Shown piece after piece: positions 10,440 through 21,038 of a DNA stretch of 53,586 nt. The notes beneath the pieces were generated by a model that saw nothing but the letters and a program-made list of their open reading frames with translations, did no database searches and was not told the DNA's origin. Source of the DNA: a virus (taxonomy: Duplodnaviria; Caudoviricetes); the IMG/VR virus record IMGVR_UViG_3300007735_000754, positions 1-53,586 of that record. One strand, written 5' to 3'. Position 1 is the first letter of the stretch. Each line of letters opens with the position of its first letter. Position numbers and translations under genes: made by a program.

Positions 10440-12938
10440 ATGAACTTCTTTACAAGCGTAACAATCCGAGGAAATAGCATTCTGTACCGTGGGTACAAGA
10501 ATGGTAAAAGAGAGACGCGAAGGGATTCCTTTGCGCCTTCTTTCTATCTATTGGAACCAAAGGGTGAGTATCGGTCTCTTAGCGGTCAGGCATTGAAACA
10601 GATCTCTTTTGGAGACATACGCGATGCTAGGTCGTTTCTGGACGAGTACAGAGGTACAGAAAACTTCAAGATCTTCGGTACCGCTGATTATGTCCAGCAG
10701 TATATCTATGACACCTTTCCAAATGCGATTGAGTATGACTTCAAGTTGTTGAAGATCATGACAATTGATATTGAAACGGAATGCGAACACGGATTTCCAA
10801 ATATTCAGAAGGCGAATGAAAAGCTTTTAATCATAACTCTCCGAATGAATGGAGAGACGCATATGTTTACAATGCGGCCCTGCAATATTCCTGATGTATT
10901 TGTACACCATGCAGATACCGAAGAAGAGCTGATCACTGACTTCTATTCCATGCTTAAGAAGATGGACCCAGACATCATTACGGGGTGGAATATCAAATAC
11001 TTTGACTTGCCATACATCGTAAATCGAGCAGAAGTTTTGATGTCCGAGGATATTGCAAGTAAGATAAGTCCGTGGGGATACATCAAAAAGAGAGAAAAGA
11101 ATGTCGGAGGCCGTAATTATTACTGGATTGACATTCCGGGTTATACTGTTCTGGATTATTATGAGCTTTACAAAAAGTTTTCTGGCAAAAACCAAGAAAG
11201 CTATAGCCTAAACCATATTGCCGAGATGGAACTTGGAGAGAAGAAACTTGACTATAGCGACTATGGCACTCTACGGGAATTCTATGCCAAAAATTACCAG
11301 ATGTTTGCTGAGTATAACGTACAGGACGTACTGCTTGTAGAAAAGTTGGATAAAAAGCTAAAGTTGATTGAGTTGGCCGCTTCTATTTCATACGAAGCCA
11401 AGATCAACTTTGACAACGTCTTTTTCTCCACCAAGATTTGGGAAAGCATTTGCTATGATTACCTAAAGGACTTCAATATTGTTCCGGGTCTCAAGGAAAG
11501 CTATTCCAAGGACGATCAGTTCGTTGGGGCATACGTCAAAGAAGTTGTTCCCGGACTTTATAAGAACATAATCAGTTTTGATGCCACAAGCCTGTATCCA
11601 AGCATCATCATGCAATTTAACATCAGCCCCGACACGATTGAGACCAAGGGAAGTGGATGGATTGCCGATTCGTTTTTGATGGAAAATAATACTTCGTTGG
11701 ATGAGTATATTACTTCAGCGACGGCAAATGGTTGTTGCATGAGTGCTACGGGATCTTCTTTCCGAATGGATAAGAAGGGATTCATTCCTACGCTTATCGA
11801 ACGCACATTCAATCAGCGCCAAGAGGCAAAGAGGGAAATGATTGCGCTTGAGAAGTCCAAAGAAACAAACGGAGATCCAGATGGATCGTTGACGGCCAGG
11901 ATTGTATCGCTTAAGATCAAAGAGTCAGTAAAAAAGATTTTGGCTAACAGCTTTTATGGCTGCTTGGGAAATCCAGGATTTGTTTATTCTTCTCCCGATC
12001 TTGCTACTGCGGTGACAATGACGGGCCAACTGGTCATTAAGACTGCGGAAAAGGCCATTCAGGATTACTTCAAGAAAGTAACTGGCGTTACACAAGATGT
12101 TGTAATTGCATCTGATACAGATTCTCTTTATATTGACATGAGCACCATTGTAGATAAGGTAGGAGTGTCAAAAGAAGATTTGGTTGATTTCTTGGACAGC
12201 GCTTCGAAGAAAGCAATTCAGTCTGTTTTGGATAAATCGATGGCCGATCTTGGCAAGCGGTTAAACTGCAAAGACAACCGACTTAAGTTTAAGCGCGAAG
12301 TCATCGCATCATCCGGCATCTTTGTTGCAAAGAAACGATATGCTCTATGTGTCTACGACAAAGAGGGCGTTAGATATACCAAACCTTGGATTAAGATCAT
12401 GGGATTGGAGACTGCACGATCTAGCACACCCCAACTTGTGCGCGATAAATTGAAAAGAGCGGTAGAGATTATCTTGATGGAAAACCAACAGTCATTGGTT
12501 TACTTTGTGTCTGAGTTTAGAACAATGTTCTTCCAGCAGCCAATTGACAAGGTAGCATTCCCAAGAGGAATATCCGGCTTGGATGTATATGAAGATAGGG
12601 ACACCATTTACAAGAAGTCCACTCCGATTGCAACTAAGGCAGCGCTTCTTCACAACCACCAGATTAAGAAATTAAAACTTGATGAATCTCATCCTCTTCT
12701 GAAAGAAGGAGATAAGATAAAGTTCATACATATCAAGGTGCCAAATCCATATGGAAAAAACGGCAGAGATCGTGTGCTTGCTTTTATGGGTACCCCACCT
12801 AAAGATTTTTATCTTGAAAAATATGCTGACTACGAAATGCAGTTTGAGAAAACATTCTTGGAACCCCTGAAGAATGTTACTAATATCATTGGCTGGACCG
12901 TAGACTCCAAGGCAACACTTGAATCTTTTTTTGGATAA
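10440..12938 (+). CDS. 43: Family B DNA polymerase (T4 gp43-like)
   Basis: Exonuclease DIET and YN..D motifs, polymerase SFDATSLYPSII, K..LANSFYG, SDTDS and KKRYA. Confidence 0.97.
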   Translation: MNFFTSVTIRGNSILYRGYKNGKRETRRDSFAPSFYLLEPKGEYRSLSGQALKQISFGDIRDARSFLDEYRGTENFKIFGTADYVQQYIYDTFPNAIEYDFKLLKIMTIDIETECEHGFPNIQKANEKLLIITLRMNGETHMFTMRPCNIPDVFVHHADTEEELITDFYSMLKKMDPDIITGWNIKYFDLPYIVNRAEVLMSEDIASKISPWGYIKKREKNVGGRNYYWIDIPGYTVLDYYELYKKFSGKNQESYSLNHIAEMELGEKKLDYSDYGTLREFYAKNYQMFAEYNVQDVLLVEKLDKKLKLIELAASISYEAKINFDNVFFSTKIWESICYDYLKDFNIVPGLKESYSKDDQFVGAYVKEVVPGLYKNIISFDATSLYPSIIMQFNISPDTIETKGSGWIADSFLMENNTSLDEYITSATANGCCMSATGSSFRMDKKGFIPTLIERTFNQRQEAKREMIALEKSKETNGDPDGSLTARIVSLKIKESVKKILANSFYGCLGNPGFVYSSPDLATAVTMTGQLVIKTAEKAIQDYFKKVTGVTQDVVIASDTDSLYIDMSTIVDKVGVSKEDLVDFLDSASKKAIQSVLDKSMADLGKRLNCKDNRLKFKREVIASSGIFVAKKRYALCVYDKEGVRYTKPWIKIMGLETARSSTPQLVRDKLKRAVEIILMENQQSLVYFVSEFRTMFFQQPIDKVAFPRGISGLDVYEDRDTIYKKSTPIATKAALLHNHQIKKLKLDESHPLLKEGDKIKFIHIKVPNPYGKNGRDRVLAFMGTPPKDFYLEKYADYEMQFEKTFLEPLKNVTNIIGWTVDSKATLESFFG

Positions 12939-12952
12939 GGTATAATATACAT

Positions 12953-13180
12953 ATGGGACAAATCTTTAAACACACTTTTAAAAAAAAGTATAACTTTAAT
13001 AAACCTAAACCGTACAACAATTCGTTTGTTCCCTATTTCCCGGGACTAGAACCAAATACGGAACCTTCACAGAATTCCAAAGAATTGAGCCGCCTGAAGG
13101 AAGAAAACGAAGAACTGAGGGAAGAAATCGAAATGCTCAAAAGAGAGATCGAAGAACTAAACAAAATGGTGAACAACTAA
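12953..13180 (+). CDS. Small coiled-coil protein
   Basis: Own promoter (TTGAAT-N16-TATAAT, 12919-12946) and a heptad C-terminus. Confidence 0.65.
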   Translation: MGQIFKHTFKKKYNFNKPKPYNNSFVPYFPGLEPNTEPSQNSKELSRLKEENEELREEIEMLKREIEELNKMVNN

Positions 13181-13181
13181 C

Positions 13182-14204
13182 ATGTCAAAATATCTAGAAA
13201 ATTTAATTTCAAAAATCAATAACCCGGACGCAACCATCGTATCAGAAGGAATCGATGGCTCCGATGTAACGGGATTTATCGACACTGGGTCATACGTACT
13301 TAATGCCCTTCTGTCGGGATCTATTTACGGTGGACTCCCTAATAACAAAATTTCTTGCTTAGCAGGAGATCCGGCAACCGGAAAGACTTTCTATGCAATT
13401 GGTATTGCTCGTCAGTTTCTGGACAGCAATAAAGATGGAATTGTAGTCTACTTTGATACCGAACAAGCAGTGACAAAGGACATGTTTACCTCGCGTGGTG
13501 TGGATGTCAAGCGCGTTGCAGTTGTTCCTGTTGCTACAATTGAGGAGTTCAAGACACAGGCTCTTAAGATTGTCAACGAGGTCATTGAGACTCCCGAAGA
13601 AGATCGAAAGCCAATGTTCATGATACTGGATTCGTTGGGCATGTTGTCCACTGAGAAGGAGATGAACGACTCTGCTGAAGGAAAGAATGTCCGTGACATG
13701 ACCAAGGCACAGCAGACCAAGGCAACATTCCGCGTACTCACTATGAAGCTTGGTAAGGCAAATATTCCCATGCTTCTTACAAATCACACCTACCAAGTCA
13801 TCGGATCGTATGTACCGACCAAGGATCTTGGAGGTGGTGTTGGTCTTAAGTATGCGGCAAGCACGATTGTTCTTTTGTCCAAGAGCAAGGACAAGACCGA
13901 TGAAGGCGTAATCGGAAACTTTATCAAGTGCACCAATTACAAGAACCGCTTCACCAAAGAAAATATGAATGTGGAAACTAGATTGAATTACAATTCTGGT
14001 CTAAGCCGATATTACGGCCTGACGGACTTTGCAATCAAGTACAATATCTTTAAGAAGGTTTCCACGCGGATTGAACTTCCCGATGGAAGCAAGACATTTG
14101 AGAAAACCATCGATGAAGATCCCGAAAAATATTTTACCAAAGACGTTCTTAACCAACTTGACGCAGCTTTTCAAAAGGACTTCCGATATGGATCTGCCGA
14201 GTAA
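13182..14204 (+). CDS. uvsX: RecA-like recombinase UvsX
   Basis: IDTGSY.LNALLSG, Walker A GDPATGKT, ILDSLG and GGG.GLKYAAS. Confidence 0.95.
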   Translation: MSKYLENLISKINNPDATIVSEGIDGSDVTGFIDTGSYVLNALLSGSIYGGLPNNKISCLAGDPATGKTFYAIGIARQFLDSNKDGIVVYFDTEQAVTKDMFTSRGVDVKRVAVVPVATIEEFKTQALKIVNEVIETPEEDRKPMFMILDSLGMLSTEKEMNDSAEGKNVRDMTKAQQTKATFRVLTMKLGKANIPMLLTNHTYQVIGSYVPTKDLGGGVGLKYAASTIVLLSKSKDKTDEGVIGNFIKCTNYKNRFTKENMNVETRLNYNSGLSRYYGLTDFAIKYNIFKKVSTRIELPDGSKTFEKTIDEDPEKYFTKDVLNQLDAAFQKDFRYGSAE

Positions 14205-14556
14205 GAGCGAAGATTATATTTTCTTGGACGATTTTTCTGAATACTCTGAGATCGACACTATACCAATTCGTATAGTAGTTGGCCCATACAGTGGAGTAGA
14301 ATTTAGATTTGACCGAGTATCTTTGACACAGAAAAACGATCACTTGAATGTAAATTTTGACGCAGAGATTTTAAAATCTCCTGAAGAAAAAGAAATTTCA
14401 CTAAATGATCAGGAGTTCGTTGACTTCTTGGGCAATATCCTGTATGATATAATGGTAAACAGGACAGACATCAGCGCTAAGGTCGAAGAGTCGCGTGAAC
14501 CTATAGATCTTGAAGATGATGTCCATATAGAGCCACATGGAAAAGATAATTCTTAA
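14188..14556 (+). CDS. Hypothetical protein at the T4 gene 40 position (uvsX-40-41)
   Basis: ATG 14188 overlaps the uvsX end. Acidic 122-aa protein; assignment by synteny only. Confidence 0.5.
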   Translation: MDLPSKSEDYIFLDDFSEYSEIDTIPIRIVVGPYSGVEFRFDRVSLTQKNDHLNVNFDAEILKSPEEKEISLNDQEFVDFLGNILYDIMVNRTDISAKVEESREPIDLEDDVHIEPHGKDNS

Positions 14557-15940
14557 AAACCTCGCTAAGAATGAAGAATACAGCCGCAAAGTACTCCCCT
14601 TCCTCAAGGAGGAGTATTTTGCTACCAAGGCAGAACGAATCGTCTTTACTACGATTTCAGATTTCATCAACAAGTATTCCTCTCTTCCTACAAAGGACGC
14701 ACTCAATGTGATTCTTGATACGAAGAAGGGAATCAGTGCAGATGATTTCAAGGATTCTACGCGGATCATCACCGAGATCTTTGACAATGCGGATAGAGAA
14801 GATCAGGCATGGCTGTTCGATAAGACAGAGAAACTCTGCAAGGACCGTGCTATTCATCTGGCCATCATGAATTCCATCAGCATTCTCGATGGAAAGAGTG
14901 AAGAGTATACGGAAAGCGCCATCCCTGAAATCCTGAGCAATGCTCTTGCTATCAGTTTTGATACCAAGGTCGGCCACGATTTCATTGAAGATGCTGAAAG
15001 TCGCTTTGACTTCTATAATCAGACCGAGAAGCGAATTCCTTTTGATCTGGAGTATTTTAACACGGTTACTGGTGGTGGTACTCCGACGAAGACGCTGAAC
15101 ATCATTATGGCTGGTACTGGCTGTGGTAAGAGTCTTTTCCTCTGCCATCATGCAGCAGCATGTTTGATGCAGAACATGAACGTTCTGTACATTACTCTTG
15201 AGATGGCAGAAGAACGCATTGCAGAACGTATCGATGCCAACCTTCTCGATGTTCCTGTGCAGGACCTTCGTAACATGCCGCGCAACTCCTACAAGAAGAA
15301 GATTGACCAACTCAGGACTACCTGCAATGGTCGCCTCATCATTAAGGAATATCCTACTGGTGGAGCAAATGCAAATCACTTCAGAATTCTTTTGCAGGAA
15401 CTGCGCACCAAGAAGAAGTTCAAGCCCGATATTATCTTTGTTGACTATCTTAACATCTGCAGTTCTTCGCGCATCAAGAATACGGGTAACACGAATAGTT
15501 ACCACTATATCAAGTCTATTGCAGAAGAACTGCGTGGTCTTGCAGTTGAGTTTGATGTTCCCCTGTTCAGCGCCACTCAGGTCAACCGAAGTGGGTTCAG
15601 CAGCAGCGACATTGGCCTTGAGGACACTTCCGAGTCGTTCGGTCTTCCCGCTACGGCAGATTTCTTTGCGGCGTTGATTCGCACTGACGAGTTGGATGAT
15701 GTCAATCAACTTATGGTCAAGCAGTTGAAGAACCGTTACAATACTACTTCTGTCAACAAGAAGTTTGTGATTGGTGTTTCGTTTAGTAAGATGAAACTTA
15801 GCGATGTTGAGGAAGAAGGTCAGCCAGTGCTGGTAAGTGCCAACCAGTCTAGCAATAAGGAAAAGCGCAGTCAGGAAGAAAGCTACTACAAGAGCATTAC
15901 TAATAATAGCAAGAAGATTGGCGCTGACTGGAATATTTGA
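14537..15940 (+). CDS. 41: Replicative DnaB-like helicase gp41
   Basis: GTGCGKS, YITLEMAEE, IIKEYPTG, VDYLNI, AEELRGLA and SESFGLPATAD. Confidence 0.96.
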   Translation: MEKIILKNLAKNEEYSRKVLPFLKEEYFATKAERIVFTTISDFINKYSSLPTKDALNVILDTKKGISADDFKDSTRIITEIFDNADREDQAWLFDKTEKLCKDRAIHLAIMNSISILDGKSEEYTESAIPEILSNALAISFDTKVGHDFIEDAESRFDFYNQTEKRIPFDLEYFNTVTGGGTPTKTLNIIMAGTGCGKSLFLCHHAAACLMQNMNVLYITLEMAEERIAERIDANLLDVPVQDLRNMPRNSYKKKIDQLRTTCNGRLIIKEYPTGGANANHFRILLQELRTKKKFKPDIIFVDYLNICSSSRIKNTGNTNSYHYIKSIAEELRGLAVEFDVPLFSATQVNRSGFSSSDIGLEDTSESFGLPATADFFAALIRTDELDDVNQLMVKQLKNRYNTTSVNKKFVIGVSFSKMKLSDVEEEGQPVLVSANQSSNKEKRSQEESYYKSITNNSKKIGADWNI

Positions 15941-16926
15941 TGATTTCCATAATTGACAGAAAATTCATTAACATGGTATCGTCTTCCCTTGAGAAGTTCA
16001 AGTGGAAGAAAGATAATGTAGCCACCTGCAGATGCTATAAGTGCGGCGATTCACAGAAGAACAAGAGCAAGACTCGCGGTTACTTCTATATTAACAAAGA
16101 TCACTATTATTACAAATGCCATAACTGTGGGTTTTCGTGTACAGTCAAGACCATTCTTGAAGACTTGGCCCCAAGTCTTGCAAAAGAGTATGTGCTTGAG
16201 GCATACAAAAACAATTTCTTTGGCAATACTTTTTCTGTTACCGTAGAAAAGAAGGAAGAAGTAATAGTTCCAGATTATATCGGAACTTGTATAATTGATC
16301 TTCCCGAAAGGCATAAAGCAAGACAGTATGTACTCAGTCGAAAGATTCCAGAGTCAAAGCACAAGTATCTCTACTACTGTGAAGATTTTTCCAAGATAGC
16401 ACAGAAGTTTTTTAAGTCATCGTTCTCTGAGCCAAGACTAATCATTCCGTTCTTTGATGATAACAACAAAGTAATTGGTGTACAAGGAAGATCATTTGAT
16501 AAAAATGCAAAAATCAGATACATCACTTATAAGAGCCCACACGTAGAGCGACTTTGGTACGGCTTGGAAAGAATAAACTCCCTTAAACCTGTTTATGTTG
16601 TTGAGGGGCCGTTGGATTCTTTGTTCTTGGATAATGCAATTGCAATGGTTGGATCTAGTTATCCAGATGCAATGCCAAAGAAGATCCAAGGATCGGAGCT
16701 TATTTTTGTCTACGACAACGAGCCAAGAAACGCAGCACTGCATGCAATGATGGCAAAGTCAATTGATGCTGGCCATAAAGTGGTAATATGGCCACCGATG
16801 GATGAAAAGGACATCAATGAAATGGTCTTGAAGTATGGTCCAGACGAGGTGCGGAGAATCCTAGATACTAGTACATATTCAGGAAATGTCGCTAGGTTAA
16901 AATTTCAAAATTGGAGACGCACATGA
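15937..16926 (+). CDS. 61: DNA primase gp61
   Basis: Zn ribbon C..CGDS...KCHNCG, RLIIPF, TOPRIM EGPLDSLF, DNEPRN and KDINEM. Confidence 0.95.
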   Translation: MMISIIDRKFINMVSSSLEKFKWKKDNVATCRCYKCGDSQKNKSKTRGYFYINKDHYYYKCHNCGFSCTVKTILEDLAPSLAKEYVLEAYKNNFFGNTFSVTVEKKEEVIVPDYIGTCIIDLPERHKARQYVLSRKIPESKHKYLYYCEDFSKIAQKFFKSSFSEPRLIIPFFDDNNKVIGVQGRSFDKNAKIRYITYKSPHVERLWYGLERINSLKPVYVVEGPLDSLFLDNAIAMVGSSYPDAMPKKIQGSELIFVYDNEPRNAALHAMMAKSIDAGHKVVIWPPMDEKDINEMVLKYGPDEVRRILDTSTYSGNVARLKFQNWRRT

Positions 16927-17135
16927 ACGAAGATGAAAATTATAAAAATTTAAATGAAGAAGCACAATTAAAAGCATGTCAGGCATTTCTCCAATTCAAT
17001 TCTTTTTTTAACAGTTATATAAAAGAACTAGATCCCGGATTGTGGAAAAAAGCAATAGAGTATGCAAAGGATTGTGTTGACATTCCGGGTGTTGAATTAA
17101 GATTTGTGGATGAAGATTTAGATACAGAGGAATAA
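16923..17135 (+). CDS. Hypothetical protein
   Basis: ATGA overlap with the primase stop. Confidence 0.6.
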   Translation: MNEDENYKNLNEEAQLKACQAFLQFNSFFNSYIKELDPGLWKKAIEYAKDCVDIPGVELRFVDEDLDTEE

Positions 17136-17141
17136 TTTATA

Positions 17142-17870
17142 ATGATGCAGCGAATTGATGTGCTCGACAAGGGGCACGTAGATCTCATTTCAGTTATGGG
17201 AAGCGATCTTACCGTAGTAAACGCAGCGAGAGTTTCTTTCAACAAGGAAAGTGACTGGGGTGGTACCGGAGAAGATCATACACCACGACCCGGCAAAGAA
17301 GAACCATTTGATTCTTATCTTCATGATAAAGATATCAAACTTATAAACTATCTTGCAAAACACAAACACTGGACGCCATTTGCGCATCCACAAATCACGG
17401 TCAGAATTAAGGCTCCTATATTCATTCGCACACAACTCTTCAAGCATAAAGTGGGATTTGTAGAAAATGAAGTATCACGCAGATATGTCACAGATACTCC
17501 GGAGTTCTACATTCCTAGATGGAGAGGTGCTCCTACGAATGGAGCAAAGCAAGGTAGTTCCGATTTTATTATAGACGATACAGTTGCAAATCAACTTGCA
17601 TTCCAGTATAATAGTGTAATTGACGGAGCATTATCTACATATGAAAATCTTTTGGAACAAGGTGTCGCCCCGGAACAGGCACGTTCGGTCCTTCCGCAAG
17701 GAACATACACCGAATGGTGGTGGACTGGATCTCTCGCAGGATTTGCAAGAGTATACGCACAAAGAATTGATCCCCATGCACAGTGGGAAGTTCGCCAATA
17801 CGCAGAGGCTATCGGGTCTGCGATATCTCCATTCTTCCCAGTAAGTTGGGAAGCTTTAACAACTAAATAA
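17142..17870 (+). CDS. thyX: Flavin-dependent thymidylate synthase
   Basis: VVNAARVSF, HWTPF, KH.VG..ENEVSRRY, EQARSVLP and HAQWEVR. Confidence 0.95.
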   Translation: MMQRIDVLDKGHVDLISVMGSDLTVVNAARVSFNKESDWGGTGEDHTPRPGKEEPFDSYLHDKDIKLINYLAKHKHWTPFAHPQITVRIKAPIFIRTQLFKHKVGFVENEVSRRYVTDTPEFYIPRWRGAPTNGAKQGSSDFIIDDTVANQLAFQYNSVIDGALSTYENLLEQGVAPEQARSVLPQGTYTEWWWTGSLAGFARVYAQRIDPHAQWEVRQYAEAIGSAISPFFPVSWEALTTK

Positions 17871-17888
17871 AACACAAACTAAAACATT

Positions 17889-19775
17889 ATGAATAACCTA
17901 CCAGCATTTCAAGAATTTATTTTTATCTCTCGCTACTCCCGTTGGATGAACAGCCAGAACCGCCGCGAAACATGGGAGGAGTGCGTTCAGCGATGGTGGG
18001 ATTATTTCACCTCAAAGGTTCCGCAACTCTTGGAACGACCCGATGTCAAGGATGCAATTCTCAATCTTGATGTTCTTCCATCCATGAGAAGTCTGATGAC
18101 TGCAGGTCCTGCAGTCGATCACGACAATACCTGCATCTACAATTGCTCGTATCTTCCAATCGATTCAATTGAATCGTTTGCTGAATTGTTTGTTGTGTTG
18201 ATGAATGGCACCGGAGTTGGATACTCTGTAGAAAGACAGTACACGGACAAGCTTCCGGGTGTTGCTTCAAAGATTGAAAAGAATTTTGAAAACGTTATTG
18301 TAGTAGAAGATTCGAAGGAAGGTTGGGGAAATGCAATCAAATCACTCTTGGCTAATCTCTACGAAGGCAGACATCCTAAATGGGATCTATCTAAGATCAG
18401 ACCTTCTGGTGCTCGTCTCAAAACTTTTGGTGGTCGTGCTAGTGGTCCTGCGCCTCTGGACAACCTATTTAAGTTTATTGTCAAGCTTTTCTATAACGCA
18501 CAGGGCAGACGTCTTACTGCACTTGAATGTCATGACGTATGCTGTGCCATTGCCAATGCAGTTATCGTAGGCGGCGTTCGTCGTTCTGCCATGATCTCAT
18601 TGAGCGATCTTGCTGACCGCGAAATGGCTCTCTGCAAGAGCGGTGCTTGGTGGGAACAGGCTGGCTTCCGGTCATACGCAAACAACTCTGCTGTGTATCG
18701 TGGCCGTCCTCCCATGGGTCAGTTCCTTGAAGAGTGGACATCTCTGTACAACAGTCACAGCGGCGAACGTGGTATGATCAATCGTTCTGCTCTTCAGGCT
18801 CATGCTGCAAAGAATGGAAGAGATGAAGATTGCGAATACGGCACCAATCCATGTTCCGAGATCATTCTGAAGCCATTTGAATTCTGCAATCTATCCACTG
18901 TAGTTGTTCGCCCAACGGATACTGCAGCATCTTTGAAGAAGAAGATTGAGATTGCCACAATCATTGGTACTGTTCAATCTACCTTTACTCACTTCCCATA
19001 TCTTCGTCCCGAGTGGAAGAAGAACTGTGAAGAGGAACGTCTACTTGGCGTTTCTATGACTGGCATTTTCGACAACAAGCTGACCAGCGGTTTGGAAGGC
19101 AAGCCAAAGCTTGTTCGTCTTCTTGAGACGCTTCGCGATCATGCGAGTGCGACCAATCTCAAGTGGGCAGAGAAGTTGGGAATCACTCCCAGCAAGTCGA
19201 TTACATGTGTGAAGCCTGAAGGCACTACATCGTGTTTGGTGGACTCAGCCTCCGGTCTCCATCCTCGCTATGCGGACTACTACTACCGCAGAATTCGCCT
19301 TGACAAGAAGGATCCCCTTTATCAGTTGATGAAGGATCAAGGTGTACCATGTGAGGATGATGTAATCAACCCAACTTCTACTGCAGTATTCACCTTTGCA
19401 ATGAAGGCTCCCAAGGGAACTCTCACGACAGAGGAACTCCGTGCACTAGATCACCTTGATCTATGGAAGACATACCAAGAGCATTACTGCCATCACAAGC
19501 CATCTATCACCGTCAACTATAGGGACAACGAGTTCCTTGAAGTTGGTAACTGGTTGTGGGAAAACTTTGATTGTGCTACTGGTATTTCATTCCTTCCGGG
19601 TGGAGATTCGCACACTTATGCTCAAGCACCATTTGAGAGAATTGATGCAACTGTGTACAACAGCCATCCAAAGATTGAAGTAGACTTCAACAAACTTTCC
19701 AACTATGAACAAGAAGACAACACAGAGTCCGCAAAAGAATACGCTTGTCAAGGCGGAGCCTGTCAAATCATGTAA
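17889..19775 (+). CDS. nrdJ: Class II (B12-dependent, monomeric type) ribonucleotide reductase
   Basis: PSMR, NCSY, GTGVG, GGVRRSA, TNPCSEI, CNL, KPEGT and C-terminal C.GGAC. No beta-subunit gene adjacent. Confidence 0.92.
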   Translation: MNNLPAFQEFIFISRYSRWMNSQNRRETWEECVQRWWDYFTSKVPQLLERPDVKDAILNLDVLPSMRSLMTAGPAVDHDNTCIYNCSYLPIDSIESFAELFVVLMNGTGVGYSVERQYTDKLPGVASKIEKNFENVIVVEDSKEGWGNAIKSLLANLYEGRHPKWDLSKIRPSGARLKTFGGRASGPAPLDNLFKFIVKLFYNAQGRRLTALECHDVCCAIANAVIVGGVRRSAMISLSDLADREMALCKSGAWWEQAGFRSYANNSAVYRGRPPMGQFLEEWTSLYNSHSGERGMINRSALQAHAAKNGRDEDCEYGTNPCSEIILKPFEFCNLSTVVVRPTDTAASLKKKIEIATIIGTVQSTFTHFPYLRPEWKKNCEEERLLGVSMTGIFDNKLTSGLEGKPKLVRLLETLRDHASATNLKWAEKLGITPSKSITCVKPEGTTSCLVDSASGLHPRYADYYYRRIRLDKKDPLYQLMKDQGVPCEDDVINPTSTAVFTFAMKAPKGTLTTEELRALDHLDLWKTYQEHYCHHKPSITVNYRDNEFLEVGNWLWENFDCATGISFLPGGDSHTYAQAPFERIDATVYNSHPKIEVDFNKLSNYEQEDNTESAKEYACQGGACQIM

Positions 19776-20088
19776 GCGAAATGTTGTCAGTATTTTACTG
19801 AAACACGCCAAGCACAGGGCAAAGAAAAGGAACTTAGAATTTAATCTTACCAAAGATGACATTGTAATACCTGAAGTTTGCCCTGTGCTGGGGATAGAGA
19901 TTCGGCCATTTGACTTTCATCACTCTCCTTCTATAGATCGAATAGACAATACAAGGGGATACACGAAAGACAACATAATAGTTGTATCATTCAAGGCCAA
20001 TCAATATAAAGGCGCAGCCAACATAGAAGACTTACGTAAGGTTGTAGAATTTTACGAAAATCTTAATCATAAAACATCCTCTAAATAA
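19705..20088 (+). CDS. HNH-like (His-Me finger) endonuclease
   Basis: AKKRNLEFNLT, CPVLG and SPSIDRID...GY.KDNI.VVS.KAN. Start uncertain; overlaps nrdJ. Confidence 0.75.
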   Translation: MNKKTTQSPQKNTLVKAEPVKSCKRNVVSILLKHAKHRAKKRNLEFNLTKDDIVIPEVCPVLGIEIRPFDFHHSPSIDRIDNTRGYTKDNIIVVSFKANQYKGAANIEDLRKVVEFYENLNHKTSSK

Positions 20089-20092
20089 TAGG

Positions 20093-20653
20093 ATGTTTTA
20101 TACTATAGTGGGAATTGACTATTCAATGACTTCTCCGTGTCTCTGCTTGTTCGACACACGAAAGAAGTTTTGCTTTGAAAACTGTAATTTTTATTTTCTT
20201 ACTGATTGTAAGAAATATACTAACAAATTTCTTTCAAACGTAACCGGAGAACTCTTCCCCGATTACGGTCATGATACAGAAAGATTTGACAGTATATCTT
20301 CGTGGGCTTTGAATCTTTGCATAGGTGCAGCAGAGGTAAGCTTAGAAGGATATGCATACAACTCTACCGGAAGAATATTCCATCTGGCAGAGAACGTGGG
20401 AATTCTAAAGCATAAGCTTTATAAAAATGCAATTCCACTTAGCGTAATAGAACCCAGCCGTGTCAAGAAGATGGCAACAGGCAAAGGCAACGCAGACAAA
20501 CAATATATGTTTGAATGTTTTGAAAAAGAAACATTTGTTGATCTTAAATCTTTAATGTCGCAAAAGACACTATCGAATCCTGTTACGGATATTATCGATA
20601 GTTTCTATATTGCTAAAATTTTGGCGGAATCTAAACTCAATCAAGAGATCTGA
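20093..20653 (+). CDS. RuvC-like (RNase H fold) resolvase/nuclease
   Basis: VGIDYSMTSP, LEGYAY, P..VKK.ATGKGNADK and DIIDS. Confidence 0.8.
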   Translation: MFYTIVGIDYSMTSPCLCLFDTRKKFCFENCNFYFLTDCKKYTNKFLSNVTGELFPDYGHDTERFDSISSWALNLCIGAAEVSLEGYAYNSTGRIFHLAENVGILKHKLYKNAIPLSVIEPSRVKKMATGKGNADKQYMFECFEKETFVDLKSLMSQKTLSNPVTDIIDSFYIAKILAESKLNQEI

Positions 20654-21020
20654 CGGAGAAAGACTCAACGATTGGTGCTGGTATGGTTTTTACGATTTCG
20701 TAGTTATCCCATTCCTCTTTCAGTATCCCATCCTTAACCATCTTGGCAAGTGTGGCCTTCATGGGTTCATCCATATTATTGAAGGTTATGTATTTTTTGC
20801 CATTATCTAATGCAAGTTTCATTGCCATAGCAATACTATCCCCATAGGGGTAGTCATCGAAACTTTTAGTTCTCACTGATGGAAGGATGTAATACAAAAA
20901 GCCAGCAACATCTTGTTTTGGCACTATAACAGAATGTCTAGAGGCACATTTTGAGGTGCCAATATTGTAAACTTCACTCTCCTCTGATACGTATTTTTCT
21001 ATTAAAAGTTTGGTTGCCAT
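20637..21020 (-). CDS. Hypothetical late protein
   Basis: ATG 8 nt after CATAAATA on the minus strand. Confidence 0.6.
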   Translation of the reverse strand: MATKLLIEKYVSEESEVYNIGTSKCASRHSVIVPKQDVAGFLYYILPSVRTKSFDDYPYGDSIAMAMKLALDNGKKYITFNNMDEPMKATLAKMVKDGILKEEWDNYEIVKTIPAPIVESFSVRSLD

Positions 21021-21038
21021 TACACAAATATTTATGTT

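Noticed and set aside
14657-15709. 350-aa antisense ORF
   Set aside because: Lies wholly opposite the conserved gp41 helicase; a codon-bias shadow with no motifs.
10440-19775. Inteins or introns in gp43, gp41 or nrdJ
   Set aside because: ORFs are continuous and of normal length, with no intein-like insertion seen.
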